Source: Botryllus schlosseri (Eukaryota). From it: 64,000 nt of DNA. Of this stretch, positions 40,257 through 54,388 are shown piece by piece. The position numbers and the translations under genes are program-made. The DNA is taken from NCBI GenBank assembly GCA_051294905.1, contig CM119377.1, positions 10,664,001-10,728,000 on the forward strand. The letters run 5' to 3'. Every line of letters starts with the position of its first letter. Positions within the stretch are counted from its first letter, which is position 1. The notes beneath the pieces were generated by a model. That model saw only the letters and a program-made list of their open reading frames with translations. It had not been told where the DNA came from and did no database searches.

Positions 40257-41214
40257 TGCTAGTCGGCAGCTCAAGAAGCATACTAAGGAATATTGGCATG
40301 GTGTAAATCAGTGGTGTCAAACTTAAATGCGCTCACGGGCCAGTTCCCTGGTTATTGATGACACCGCAGGGTCGCAATATTGGTATTCAATGTTTTTTTC
40401 TCAAGTAGGACTATTTAGCAGGACCTTGCAGACTGAACACACACACAGACACACACATTGTGAAAATGCGATTGACAATTGCGGCAATTCACACCTGGTA
40501 CAGACCATAATCACATTCTTAAATATTTGAATAAACTCGTTGTTTTACTTGGTAGAGAGTAAGCATAATTTGTCAAAATTATGAGATATAGACAACATGC
40601 CTTCTGAGCAGTGTGCAGGTTGAATAGCCTTTATGTTGGGCGAAGCTTGACCGAGTGTTTCGTGCTTTTGTCATAAGACCAACTTTAATTAAAATTCTTA
40701 ATCTCGGCGTCATGATCGGCAGAACCTGAGAGGATGGGTTTACCCCTGACTCCATAATGAGAATATTTAGTGCTATAAATTATAAACCTAAAATTTTCTT
40801 GAATTTCAGTTTTCGACTTTCTTTTTTTGGCATGCCCGTTATTCCTTCATGAGTGATGGGTATGATGATGAGTCTAATCGCGGGCCCTGATTGACTTGTT
40901 TCACGAATTAGGGATTTGTAAATATATCACGTCGCAAATTGAATAACATACCTTATAGTGCGTAATGTGGCAATGTCATAGACTCATAGAGAAAGGTTTG
41001 AACTAAACTATATGGAAAGAGTGATTTCTTGTGACTTCAATTGCCACTCACAATTTGCCATATATTACCTTTATTTCGAACCTGGATTACGTAGGCAGCG
41101 TAATCGTGGCATATTAACGGACAGACTTCAAAGTAAATGAATTTCCTCCTTGTTTGATACAGCCTTTTGTTTTGATCATTCAAAAAGCAAGTTTATTATT
41201 TTGAATTCCAGGCA

Positions 41215-41290
41215 ACATTTCGCGGGCCGCACAGAATAGCGTCGCGGGCCATATTTGGCCCGCGGGCCGCACTTTGCCCACGTCTGTTTT
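41215..41290 (-). mobile_element. hAT-Charlie-like MITE terminus; related fragments at about 40310-40590 and 48870-49150
   Basis: Minus strand CAGACGTGGGCAAAGTGCGGCCCGCGGGCCAAATATGGCCCGCG, a typical Charlie-type end with GGCCCGCG repeats. Confidence 0.65.
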
Positions 41291-42679
41291 ATAGTCTGCT
41301 TCCACTCAACAGTTTTCAATTTTTTACTTACTAGGGAATCGCTACTTCTCCATTGTAGCAGTTGCTTCGTCATGGCGACTTAAACGAACTCAGCACTTTT
41401 AAATGCTATTCCAGATCTAGATTTCAAGATGGAAGCCTGGATCCATGTCTGGAATTCCTGGCATAATTTGTCAGCTACCATATTTGTTGGTAACTATATC
41501 TCCAGTGAATTGACTTGATATTTTATCTTCATTGGAGAATCCATGCTCATTCCGAGTCCGGTTCCGCGACATTTGGAGATGAAATGTCTGATTTGAACCG
41601 CACTAAAGATTTATAATATGATTTTCCGACGCCGAGTGGTGAATATATTTGTTAGGATTATTGAAAATTAATTCAATCAATGCGTATGGGTGAGTAATGA
41701 ATGTGTTGTTTTCGCTACGGTTGTAGTTTGGGCCTGGTCATCTTGGCGTGATGGCAGTTACGAGGATACAATATAATCTATACAGCGGTCGTGGTAAAGT
41801 TCGAGACTCAAGCCTTAAGCCAAATCGCAGAGCCAGGAATGTCTTTTGTGCCGCTGGTATCAACGTCAAGGTCCCAGACATCAGTTTCAACGACGGTGTG
41901 CGACTGCGTCATATGAACTGTTTTTGTAAAGCTAAAATTGCTTTGAATAGTCGAATCCTTCTTTGAAAATAAGGCTACGAACGTGACTCTCGTGGCTAAA
42001 CGAAGTTGCCACCTACAAGAAGTACCAAGCCGCGACTCACGAGATACCATGCAAATTTAGTATGCTAACACTGCTAAAATAACGTGTCATTTCCTTTAGT
42101 GTGACATAAAGCACGTACGTAGCAGCGTATATCGCTATCTTCAGAGAGTCGACAAGGAATGTATTGTTCCATTTTGATAATTTTCTGCAAATTCTGTTGT
42201 TTATTGAACAATTGCGTAACACCTCAGTTTGATCAAGAACAGCAGAAAAATCCATCCTGAGTCGATCGAATTTACCATTTGTAGTCGTTGCAAGAAGAAT
42301 ATTAGTAACCAGTTACAGTAGGATCTCATCTGAGGAAGACTATAGGGACTGACTGTGTCGTCCACACTCGGTATTCATGGTGTTTGTCGAGTACTATGGT
42401 CATTGGTCAGTCACACCAGGCCGATATTTTTCGTTTTATTCCGTAACTGCCGACTTATAGCACGGCCCACTTCTAGGCTTTTTGTAAGACGCCGCTTACG
42501 CGGATGAGGTGGCGTTGGCGAGGAGGTAGGTTTCCTAGTTATAACCCTGCAATAAACGCACTATTATAGCATCAATTGTGATAATTCGAGTCCGAGCACC
42601 GAAATTATAGGAACGAAAATTTTCATTACGATACCTTCTTACACCACTGCCTGCCGGAGCCTTGAAGTATCAATACAAG

Positions 42680-43016
42680 GTAAATTATATTCACCAATAT
42701 TTTCGTGAAAACATATTTGTCACTCCATAACTACTGTGCGCGCAGAGCAACAAAATTTCAGGGCTTTACTTGACCTTTCTGAATATTAAATGTTGGTACT
42801 CCGTGAAAACAGCCTCGAAATATTCAGGCTATCTTTCGTATTGGCGGATTTTCTACTTGATAACTGAATACAGCGAAAAGTACCAAGTAAGTAGATCACA
42901 AAATATTACGAAATATAAGTAGAGAAAATCAGATCTAGTTGAGTAAGTACCAGAAGTAGAGGAAAACTATTTGAGTACTGCAAAAAAGTAGAAGTACTTC
43001 GTTACTGACTACCTCT
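42680..43016 (-). mobile_element. Representative of an abundant TACT/AGTA-rich MITE family with AGAGGTGGTCAGTAACGAAGTA terminus
   Basis: Closely matches 61109-61462; degenerate fragments also at about 18597, 22530, 24185, 24760-24900, 34050, 35600-35900, 47910, 48328, 49660-49802 and 63041. Confidence 0.75.
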
Positions 43017-43097
43017 GATGAAGCCACTAACACGGCAGCGACATTTCCCTACATGCAGTGAGAGACCTTAAGTATTGTCTCAACATGCAATGACAAC

Positions 43098-43464
43098 GAG
43101 GGTTACCATATTTTGGAATCGGGAAAGGATGACACTGTCCATGACATCATGAAAGTTAGTTTACAGAGATAGAAAACAGCTGATTTTGAAATATATCATG
43201 GAAATGTTGTCGTGTTGACTAAAAGGTCATCACACCGACTCGACTCCCGAATTACTCACTTTTCAACGATATGTATACTTCTCCGGTATTGACTAAGAAA
43301 AGGTAATTTTTCAGATTTGACTCACGCGTAACCCGTTGTCAATCTTTTAGGCAAAAATAGTTTGTCCTTTGTGGCCTTTTTGGACATTTTAGGCTAAAAA
43401 GGAGGACAAATTGTCAAAAATGAGGACATTTCTTCAAAACGTAGAGAGACGTATGGTAACCCTA
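43098..43464 (-). mobile_element. Short TAGGGTTACC-family MITE (reverse copy of the 45091 and 52868 elements)
   Basis: (G)AGGGTTACCATATTTTGG...GACGTATGGTAACCCTA; no TSD preserved. Confidence 0.7.
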
Positions 43465-45090
43465 CTGTCAGCAACTTTGAATAAATTCGTAAAAATAATT
43501 TTCTTCGCGGTTGCTGAAAACTACGAGTCTCTCTTATACGGCCATGACACCGCAGTACGTGAATACTAGGGGATTCATTTCGTACTAGACTACTAATCGA
43601 ATCACTCACGTATTCCCTTATCCCCAGCCAATACGAACAACACCTGGCTCGTCACGCATGTAAAAAGCTGTACTATGGCGTAACAGAGATTCATTTATGT
43701 ATTATTTTGCTAACACTACCACGTGCCAAATGATGTGTCAGAAAATGTCGTGCTTCGTGTACCAGCTATAGAAAGAAGCTGACTGCATTTCGTCCCCGGG
43801 AAACTTCATCGGTCGGTACTTTATATATTATTAAAGAACGTATTTATAGAGTTGCAAGCACCAATCTGTCCAGGTGGCCGGTTGCGCTAAAAGGCTGGGT
43901 TGGGATATCTTCTGCTGTAAATGATTCCTACTGTTCAACCGGGTACATATCCTTAATTTGGCGATATTCATGCGTTTCGAGCTCCGAGAGAGGAAGGATG
44001 GATTGCGCTTGTAACATTCTGGTAATGCGGTTTTTGCCGAGTTGGATCGCATTTTTTCACTTTATTTCGCACGCCACACCTGTCACCATCGGGCTTAGCT
44101 GAATGGTGGTCATCAAGGATCTCAATTTGGGTCACGGGCGGGATTCATACCTTTTGACTGTTTGCCCGTCGGCCCAGTCACATGATGCCAAAATATTATC
44201 TCCAAATCCATGTCTCTGTTTTCAGTGGAATGCTTAATTACCAAGCATATATAATAGGTAATATTAGCCTTCGGATCATAGCGGCTGTATTCTAGAAACA
44301 CCGTTATCAGCAAACAATTGAATTTGAAAGAATACAATGAATGACCGATTGAATTCTGTTATAAACCCACTGAACAGTGGCTTTAACCTGCGAGTCATGG
44401 CGATATTTACGTTGGCATAGCCTACTTCCGCGCTCCCTCTGTTCTAGTCGTGGCCATTCCTGCGTATGCGTAGTGAGTGCTACAAAAGACTTATCAGAGA
44501 GCGCGGACTCTTCGCGGGTCGATTGAAATAGGTTTGCGGGCTTGGTATACAATAGTGTAATTATTCTCTTATAATTTCTATCTCAATTATTTTCAAATTC
44601 AATTCAATTACTTATAAAATACTTCAAATAATTACATACCATTTCCAATTACTTTTGATATACTGCTGTATATAACATATTATTGTATCCGGGGTTATTT
44701 TACCTCTATAGTTTCAACCTGTTTTATGCTTTACGTTTTTCTTTAGGAATCTGATATTTAGGTGTGTGCGTGTGATCTGATTGTGGCAGGTAGGGTACGA
44801 TAAGCTGAAAATGGAGTGAGGTGTGCTTTACGCATGATGGGTTGTGTGACATCCATGAAATTGGGTATGTTTCCCTATACCTGCTTAACGTCAGACTTGG
44901 TAATATGATCCTACGGCATTCTATGATATCAAACATTTTGTTCTAGCAGTGGCAACAAAAAGAACGGGAGAATTGCTCAAGTTTATGCTGGACCTACAAG
45001 TCTACGACTGTATTGTACAGTAGGCCTACATATGCAATTAATCATTGCCAAACTCAATCGGTATTATTAGTTTCACAAATTCAGTAGTAG

Positions 45091-45376
45091 TAGGGTTACC
45101 GTACGCCCTCTTTTGATAGGATTTGTCCTCTTTTTTGAGAATTTTGGTTAAATATAGGTTAAAATTCGACTGAGATATGGCAAATTAGTACTCGAGTAAC
45201 GTTCCGGCGACAAAAGTGCATATTTCAGGAGTCGAGTCGGAAAAATGACGTTTTTTAGTCAACCGGCTACGAAGTCAGGAAAAATTTACCATTTTTTTCG
45301 GATTTTACTCCAGTATTGTAACTCTGAAAATTTTGAAAAAGTGTCCTCTTCACATTTCCAAAATATGGTAACACTA
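45091..45376 (+). mobile_element. Short TAGGGTTACC-family MITE
   Basis: TAGGGTTACCGTACG...AATATGGTAACACTA; homologous to 43098-43464; no TSD preserved. Confidence 0.7.
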
Positions 45377-48300
45377 AGTTAAATCAGGATGGTAGCAATA
45401 TTCATCAATTACAACTACATTAAATCACAATTAAATCGCTTCAGCTCTGTTGAGCATAGCTAAATCCGGAACGATGTTCATGGTCATCGTTGTTTGAGCA
45501 AATTCGATCAGAACTTCTTTCCCCCTCAAAAGTCAAAACACGCAATCACCACCGCATGTGGTAACACAACGAAATCAGATAGGGTTGATGACTAACATGA
45601 TAAAATATTTGTTTTTCTTTTGCATAGGGTTGTGTTCTTGGCGTATGATTTGTATGGGATCGAACTACCGAAGCCCTGGGGCTCCACGATTGGTAACACG
45701 AGTTACGATTTCATAGCATAATTCTACAAACGCCTGAATTGTGATTGCAAATCATCAGCCCGTTACAACACGCATAAAACACTGCCAAGCCTCGCTGAAG
45801 CCGGTATACCGTATGCAGCTGTAGTATTATAGCTACCAAAGTAAACACGAAGTATAAGGTACGACTATGTGTTACGCAAAGAGATTACGTATAGCTGTAA
45901 TTCGCCGATATCCTGCGCATTCCCGTTCTGGCCTATCAATTTCGCGCCTTTAACATGCTTTTGTGACTCGATAAGTGACTGCTCGAATGACACAGACTGT
46001 ATTCGCCGATCAAATACTGTGCGGCGAAGCAGCAAAAACAAGCGTGATTGTAGTAAACAAGTATCTAGGTTTTTTGAGACCAGGTCATGTTTTCATCCGA
46101 GCTCGATTTATAATGCAAGTTATGTTAACCATGACCATGAATGACTGCAATACAATTAGTGCAAGAAACAGGTGAAACGTTAAATTTCCGTAACCAACTT
46201 TTAGATATAGAGTAGGCGTGGCGTCTTCCGCACATTGCTCAACGCTATACCATGACTGGCATTCGGAAGAGAATAGCTACTGATATTGGCTTCAACAGGA
46301 AAGATGTATCTGCAGTGGATTTTGTTCAATTTCAGGTGAGATCTGACTCCGTGCATTTATCATCAGGAAGGTCTCGTCAGGCCTATGATTAATCATGCAA
46401 GTATTGGAATTTGGGTTGAAATAATACATTACATGTTTCGGAGATCCCCTGCCTGCTAAACGCCTGGTAGGATGTTTCGAAATGTTAGGCAGAATTGGCA
46501 AAATTCTCTATTGACTTCGCTGTCCAGTCCAGTGCCTTTCCCATTATACCCACTTCGCGAGTCGCGACTACGGTGCATATCGAAAACGCCATAAACAACC
46601 AGTAGTGATGTGAAAGTGCGTTTTCGTAATTTCAAATGATAAATTCATTTCAAATAGGTTGTAATTTGATCCTAGTTTCTAAAGCTTGCGAATTAGAGGC
46701 TGCCTTGCAGAACTGTTGTATTGGCCATAATGTAGGTTAGTTTTTCCATCTTGGTCAAGGTAGCGTGGGCCATCAACCTCGTTATTCAAAAGATATGTCG
46801 ATCCTTGACGTATATAAATCATAGAATAAAAGCCAGTTTGTCAGACATGTTTACCTGTTCTCATAGTGATTTTAGTTTACACATGGCTATGTCATACTGA
46901 ATCTAAATGCCAGTTCCAAGTGTTATTGATATCTTTTCAAAGTCCAAGATTCGATGGCATATATTGCGGTGGTTTACGTCGTTAGAAAATACAAGATTAT
47001 ACCATATAGGTACCCGGCAGATTGCAGGACATAATTAGCGGTGTATAATTCGAATCCTGTCTTGGTAAACAATTAATAGGAAATGAGCTTGAGCTTATAG
47101 CAGATGAGACTGCATCCATGATATGCGGACATCACCTCGCATATATATTATTTCGGAATACACCACTATTGGTTTTTTATATAAGTCGGCTGAAGATTTG
47201 AAGGGGTGAACTTGATTATATTTCACTACCTCTAGACGTCTCTCAAGTTCTATAACAATTCCGAAAAATGTATTTCGAAATAATTTGTTTAGGATATAGT
47301 CTAATTCATATCGGATCTAAGACTGCTGTATTCAAATTTCAAACGTTACCCGAATGCGTTCCTAATTCGTAAGCAATGAGCCCGCGAGAATCATAAAAAT
47401 TGCTGGCGCGGGCTGTAGGACCTACTGTGTCACGCATTCTTCCCTGCTAATCCGATGTAAAATGGTATCGTGTAAATATGCAAGGATTACAAAGCTGTCC
47501 AACAACAAGTTTTCGTTTCTGCAACGCAACATTGGAGCTGGAGGAAAAACCCGGGGTCCGGAAATTATGTCTCCCTTTTGAACGTGCCGCCGGTGTAGCT
47601 TCGATCACTCATGCGTTAGTTGCATACTTCAGGCCGCGTAGTAGCATAATAATAGTAGGTCTCATGCACTACCGCCTCTGTATATAACGCGTATAGTTAT
47701 GCGACAATATATTGGCGGATAATCACGTAACTTTGAGGGTATATAGGCATAGGGGAAAATGTAAACAACGCCACAGATGATTGTTTCACATTAACTAAGG
47801 CTATGACTTCAGGATGTCAAACCTCCAAACTCGGATTGGGCAAGAGGGTCTGTCCATTGTCCAAAAGTGGTCAATTTAGTCACCGCCGCTTCTCAAGTAC
47901 AAATATCACGGTGAATTAAAAATAGAAGTAGCAATTCCCAAGACACGCCAAAAGTCCTCAAGTTAGCCTTCCAAAAATAGAATTGGTCGCGGGGTGGTAT
48001 GCCTTTAGCAGTTTATTGGAGATGGCTACACTGTAAATTAAATAGGCGTAACTCCACACCTTCAAAGATGGTACAAACAAAACACCCCATACACCCATGG
48101 AGGGGATTTTCGCCACGATTCACCCACATCCTAAGGTGACCAAGATACCTTCCCACCACTTAGCATCGTCACCAAGATGGGTGTATTATTAGTTATCTCA
48201 CCTTATCTGAATCCTACAGATTCCATAAAACAGGCTCAATATTCAATCATATATTATTGCTGCAACAACTGAATTGGGACAATAAATAAATCAAGGAAAT

Positions 48301-49884
48301 AATTCGAAATTGAAAAAGCTCAACAATAGAGGTGGTTAGTAACGAAGTAATGCGATCAGATTTTGCTTGTCACTTTGATTGTATAGGATTATAGACTGTG
48401 ACTTCAGTTTTTACATTTTGCTTGCTACTTTAATTGTTATGATTTTAGATTGTGACCTCAGTTTTCCCATTTTGCGTGAGTTAGCACTACTGTATGATAC
48501 ATCATGCTATATCAAAAACTAGAAACCAGTGCAATTTGATACTCCCGTGGGGCATGTAGAAACATGGATTAATTGATATCTACAATATATTAGATATGGT
48601 CATGAAGCAACTTGTGGTTTTGCCTACCATGGAAACACTATACTGCTCGTACTGACATATAATCATGTGTTCAGAAATGAAGGCCCTTGTTATGTCTACT
48701 TGCAGTATATAAGTGCTGCACCGTTAGAATACCTAAATTTCTACTTCGGCACCTTGAGAAATCAATCCATTTACTTTCAGCAATAGATTTCGTATACTAG
48801 AAAGTGGCACGGGAATCGATTTGCACCCGAATTTGAGCTGCGTTTTCACGTTAGTCAGGATGACATAAACCAGTGCGGTCTCAAACTCGAATGTGCTCGC
48901 GGGCCAATTTCCTAGTTCTTGATGGGGCCTCGGGCCGCAGCATCACTTTTTAAGGGCATTCAATGTCTAATTTCCAAATAGGCCTTATTTGACGGGTCAC
49001 TGGTCGTTGCAGACCGGCATTTCACGAACATCGTGAAAATGTAATTTACATTCGTACTATTCACGCTTGGCACGGAAGAAATCACGTTTTCAAATATTTT
49101 AAAAGCAATGTTTTTGTGCTGGGCATAATTTGTCAAAATAATGAGTTATAAACACCGTGCGAGAGGACAAATGCAAAATTGCAGCCTAAAAGCTGACGCG
49201 TTATAATTTTGCAACCAGCGGATTCCGTGGTCGAGTGTTCTTTTACGAATCACACCCCAGACAGTGATAATGAAAACACTGATGGTGTGGTTCTACACCC
49301 GTTGCGATCTTACTCCGTTTACAGGTGTGTTCCCGCAATTTATCACCCGACATTTAAGGTGAAATTGCAAAAATTTACACCCACAACGTGTATCGGCTGC
49401 AAATCCACCCCCTCACATGGTTGAGTGGGGTGTGAGGCTACACTTATTCCGTTTACAGTGTATCTGTATACTTTCGTAATTGCAAGGTGTAGGCTAGATT
49501 ATCGTGACTGACGCGAAATGACAAACTACAATTACGTATGATCTTCGAAAATATGTTCGGTTACCATGATACTGACCATTACAGAGATAGGTTATTTCAC
49601 GCGTTTCAATCTCGCCCATAAAACCGATCCCAAAACTATACTTTCTATAATTTGCAAAATCCAAATTTTAAAAGCGAGTAGTTTTGTCTGAAAACTGTTC
49701 AAGGACAGAAGCGGAAGGAGTGTGAAAATATATTCCCGGAGTCAGTAGGGCAAATACTACGTGATTACTCCGAAAAAGCAGATTTCGTTACCGACCACCT
49801 CTGCGTCAGTCGCCACCACGGACGCTACGGTGCTCACATGTCTCTTGTTGGGCGTAATATGTAATCTCACTGATTGTGTTTCAG

Positions 49885-52384
49885 TTTTGTAGCTGCCCGG
49901 CCGGATTTCTCGCGTATCGCCTCGCCGCGCTTTCGTTATACGTTGGCTGGCTCGTAGCCGATCTCTTGAGGTGTGCCAAACTGTCCAGAATCTCATCGTT
50001 CTTGTTTTATTTATCGAATTGGGTCGCGATTACGATCTCTGCTTATCTGTTCTGCTCATTCGCGATCGTGCTTGTCTGGTTCATCCGCTCAAAGAGGCGC
50101 GATGCTGACAATGTCGATGACACGGAGGATACTTATTCTGGTGAGTGACTTTGTCGATTGCGGATGGAGTCAAGAGTGAATCTTGTCTCTCTCTCCAAAT
50201 GATGAGAGAGAGAGATCAGATATATTTTCGCCCGCACCATCGAGATGCTTTAACAATGGAGATGGAATAGACGACCTTGAAGTAAAGTTATCTAGTCTGC
50301 ACCACCAATTTTTCTCCTCCATGCTATCCGTGGATGCTGAGTCTTTGGTCTGACCCGGTTGAGGATTGAACATACTGATCAAGTAGCCGGACGCTCGGGG
50401 CCTATCGTCACCTTGGCCGCGTCCTGATATGCAGCGTCTGCTTGATTGTGGACAACTGGATGAACCCGTATACCCGTTCCTAATCCCTGGCCAACAAGCT
50501 TTGACGAACTAAAATAAACTACTTTATTACTGAACCTTTCATTTTCAACTTCCGTTTGAAGTAGTTTTAACAAGTCCCGGAACACGCTTCTTCTACTCGC
50601 AATGTGACAACTGGGTATCTGATTCCATAGACTACTCCAAGTCGCTTCGACCCCCAGAAGTTGCATCGATTACCCTATGGTAGACCCAAAAAGTTTATTT
50701 GGGCGGGAGGGGTCTGAAAATGTGGCCACATACTCCTGAACCGGATCGTGACCACCTCTGGTCGATAAGCAACGATTTGCTGGTGTGACGTGATATTGAC
50801 AGACAATAACTCATTTTGAAATCCACTAGTGGGCGCTAAGAGTGCCCGGAATTTGAGTCACAGAAATATGGTTACCCTAAACTAGGGCAAGTATTTGCAA
50901 CTTTTTTTTGCAACTTACGGCAGCTTCCTAAATACTCAGAAGTAATTTTGTATGGTGTTTTAAGCTGTTTGGAGGAATTTTATATTGTAACTTTTCATGC
51001 AACTTTTTGCAACTCTTTTCGATTTTTAATGCAACCAACTTTTTTTACTGGAAATATTCGGCACTATACGTTGATACATTTCTTGATTATTTCACTATCG
51101 TTTAAATTTGAGGCCCTTTCTGATTTGGCGTACACTCAGGCTAGACCGCCGAAAATTATACTTTCACTGGGTCATTTTTTCAGGCTATTGATTTTGTTGA
51201 AGTCGCCAACATTTGAGTTTTGCTACAGTGCCTTGCATACGGAACGATTCGAGTATCTCATACCCTAATGTTTTCAAGGAACTTGTCCACAAATGCAACT
51301 TTTTAGTGCAACTTTTGCGAAAATTAAATGCAACTTCTTACTGCAACTTTTGTGAAAAATAAGTGCAACTTTCCACGGATTTGTCCAAAGTATAACGTAT
51401 AATGGCTACGGCCGGAATTGAATGACTACAAATTTTTCAGCTTTTCAAATTGAGATTAGAATTAAAGCTATATACACAGTTTTCAGAATTAGAAAGAAAT
51501 GCAACAAATATTCAATTCAGTTCAGACCATATCAAAGTTCATTCACGTAAGCACGAGAAGAGCAAATGTCTGTACACCAAGCTTGGCTCGTTGCGCACTA
51601 TAGACTATATGTATTCCTCCCGCAGTATGTTCAGGAACAGAAATTGATTAAAATTAGATTACCGACATTTCGCCCTATAATTAGTCTTAATTATAGTTAA
51701 CCACGATTATCTCGTCCAAGTGTGGCTATAGCCATTCTGGGTCAATCCCGGAAATGTCAATATTCAATGCGGTATTCTGCATACAATTTGCAGCTTACAC
51801 GAATATTTATATATGCAGAAGCTTGTGTTACGCCGGAAGAAAAAGTCAGCGGCACAGCGGAAACTCACAGAAACGGTTTATTACCAAACGCCAACAATAT
51901 CCTCGAATCCAAAAGAAATTATCTGACTGTGAAATGGTTTCATAAACTATGCTGGCTAACGTACGAGCTCTCTTTCGTGGGATCGTGTGCCGTCACAGCA
52001 GGTTACTGGGGATTCAGCGCCGATGAATCCGAGGCACAGATCCAATTTCAATTCTTCAAGCACGGATTAGGCTTAATACTGTTACTACTAGACACTGGAC
52101 TTTGCCGCTATCCTTGCAATATAATGCATTGCATTTTCGGTTGCCTTTACGGTATATCGTACGTGATCTTTACATATATTTTGTACGTGATAGCCGAATC
52201 TCATGATCCGAATCATGTCGTCATTCCGGAAAGAATGTACTGGTTTTTAGACTGGAACCAGGGTGCTGGAGCTCCCGTTACGTTATGTTTCATTATGATA
52301 CCTGGCACACTGCTTTTCCAACTTGTTTTGTATTCTTCGAGTCGCATAAGGATTTACGTCCATTTTCGTTGTGCTAATCCGTGA
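49885..52384 (+). CDS. rost: Protein rolling stone-like multi-pass membrane protein; exons 49885-50140 and 51819-52384; first exon not identified
   Basis: FLAYRL...YLSNW; KLCWLTYE...VTAGYW; KHG...LLD...YP...HCIFG..YG..YVIFT; YWFLDW match the rolling-stone motif order from memory; intron phase 1-1 fits. Confidence 0.8.
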
Positions 52385-52867
52385 TTTCGTACTACTACTT
52401 TTGATATAATTAAACTTTTGTAACGCATGTGTTTGTGTGTAGTGCACACATCTTTTGCATTTGATTGGGTTTGGAAGTAAGCCAAGCCGGTGGCCTTCGG
52501 TATAGAGGTGGAATCGGACCAGCGTGTATATGGCCCCGAACCCGGGGAATGATATATTGCAGCCTGATTGTAGGCCAAAAGCTACGCCGTATATTAGTCG
52601 TAGATTCGACCCGAAATGATTTATATGTCGATTCCAAATTCCACCTATGCTTTAGCAGGACAGTGCTTCTCAGCCTTTCGTCGATCGCGTACCACCTGGG
52701 TCCCAATTGTCTCATGTTAACAAAATGTAGCGGTCTTCGATTGTGATGAATCGATGAGTTTTGTACTCTGGATTATACTTCCGTTTCCACATGATTATAA
52801 TTTATCCTGGTTACTACACTGATGAATTCGCACGGTATTTTAAACTAATGCTGTAATAGCTTTCAAC

Positions 52868-53136
52868 TAGGGTTACCATACGTTCTTCTTTTTCAGGTTT
52901 TTGAAAATCTCCTCCGACGTCTAAGCCTACAGCTTTTAAAGCCAAGATAATGGATAGATTCGAGTGACAAAATGGGCATTGACGCTAAATAGGAAATTCA
53001 TGGTTCGATCGAGAGCGACGAATTTTTTTTAGTCAACCCACCAACTTTTCCAGCAAAAATAGCGAAATCGACTGATTTCAGTTTTGATAAACTAATTTTT
53101 GTGATCCTTTCCCGATTCCAAAACATGGTAACCCTA
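52868..53136 (+). mobile_element. 269-bp TAGGGTTACC-family MITE with 7-bp TSD
   Basis: TAGGGTTACCATACG...CATGGTAACCCTA flanked by TTTCAAC (52861-52867, 53137-53143). Confidence 0.85.
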
Positions 53137-53631
53137 TTTCAACATAATTTTTCTCAAATAATAGTAGTGCGAACTCGACGAGTGGTGATGAAAGCTGTGA
53201 ATTCAAGATTACAAATATTTAACAGAAATGGTCTACACTCCATTACGATCGTATTCTGTGCACGCGAATCGCAGAATAAATGATAAGGCAAGTAAAACCA
53301 GTTATGTAATGGATGCGGGATCAATGGGTTCTGTAACCGCCTGACCTATGACCTCCGCGCGGCAAGACCACTCAGGCATGCAGCAAGGGAAAGGGTTCTT
53401 CTGAGTAGAGTTGTGGAGAGCGTGGTGCGTTGCGCATGGGCTTGAGCCTTGTGCGATTTGGAATATATAATATATCCGCTCCAATCGGTGCAGTCTGTGT
53501 ATCCAGGGAAGAACCTGAAAGGAATAGTGATCCTCTTCTGCTACAGTGTTAGATGTGCGAGGGAACGGCTACAGTTCGCCTTACGGGTGCTGCAAAAACA
53601 ATCATATGTAACCGGTCATCAGCGATACATA

Positions 53632-54321
53632 TGTAGCGACCCCGCTACGGCGGATACCAGTAGCAATAACGGGGATCGCGGGTGTGTTGCTGGGCTCGGG
53701 ACCTCGTCTCTTTGCGACTGCCGCCAGCTCGAATGACACTTACAATCACGGCACAACCGACAACACCACCAGTCTATGCGGTATTAATATTATATTAATA
53801 TGACACCAGAAACTCAATACACCGATACTCATGGACAAATAAAACGGAACCCAGACGATGTACGAACCCTATTTACGACGCACGCACTACACATCAAACT
53901 AACGACACTCCACGCTAACCCCACGCCGCACACACACATTGTCACATACCTATCAGCCTAAACCTAGCCCAGCAGCAGTCTTGCCATCTACAAGCGAGTA
54001 CGAACTACCAACGGGGCAACATCACTCCCTAGGTGCTCGCGCAGCACCGTCAGTGACTAGGCCGTGACCCAGCCTATCCGCGCAGAGATTCCGACCGGTA
54101 CGTCCAACTCAAGCCCGCCAATACAAGACCAACTACCTACTAGTTCACGCCCTAACCGCCTAATACCACCACTACTTCACGCTGCTGCCCCAGACTACTA
54201 ATACTTCACGCTACCAAACACAGAGACATACTCACTCGCATCAATCTTCAGCCACGCTCTCAGCCAACTCCCTCACTCAACTCAACTCAACACGCGGTCT
54301 CCAGCCATACCACGCGCAACA
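53632..54321 (-). mobile_element. Probable solo LTR (about 690 bp)
   Basis: TG...CA ends with short IR (TGTAGCG / CGCAACA), strong strand skew and abrupt compositional borders; only a 3-bp flanking match, no internal retroelement sequence. Confidence 0.5.
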
Positions 54322-54388
54322 ATATTCTAAACGGCAAATACAGAACATTCTGGAAACCTCGGGTTTCCACACATATTTCACATAGAAT

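Noticed and set aside
46860-47060. RTE-LINE-like words (YAIESWTLK on minus; IRW.HILR on plus)
   Set aside because: Similar-quality hits on opposite strands with several stops indicate noise; no RT core nearby.
48029-49460. CACTGTAAA...TTTACAGTG ends with TA flanks as one EnSpm-like element
   Set aside because: The ends match for only about 9 bp, and the span overlaps rather than nests with AGAGGT-family ends at 48328 and 49802; kept only as probable separate fragments.
50170-50666. Antisense ORFs in the rost intron and a CT/GA hairpin at about 50174-50213
   Set aside because: No homology; the hairpin is two short complementary microsatellites with no TSD.
52354-52746. Overlapping ORFs just after the rost stop (faint FN3- or integrase-like words)
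   Set aside because: Motifs incomplete; most likely 3'UTR.
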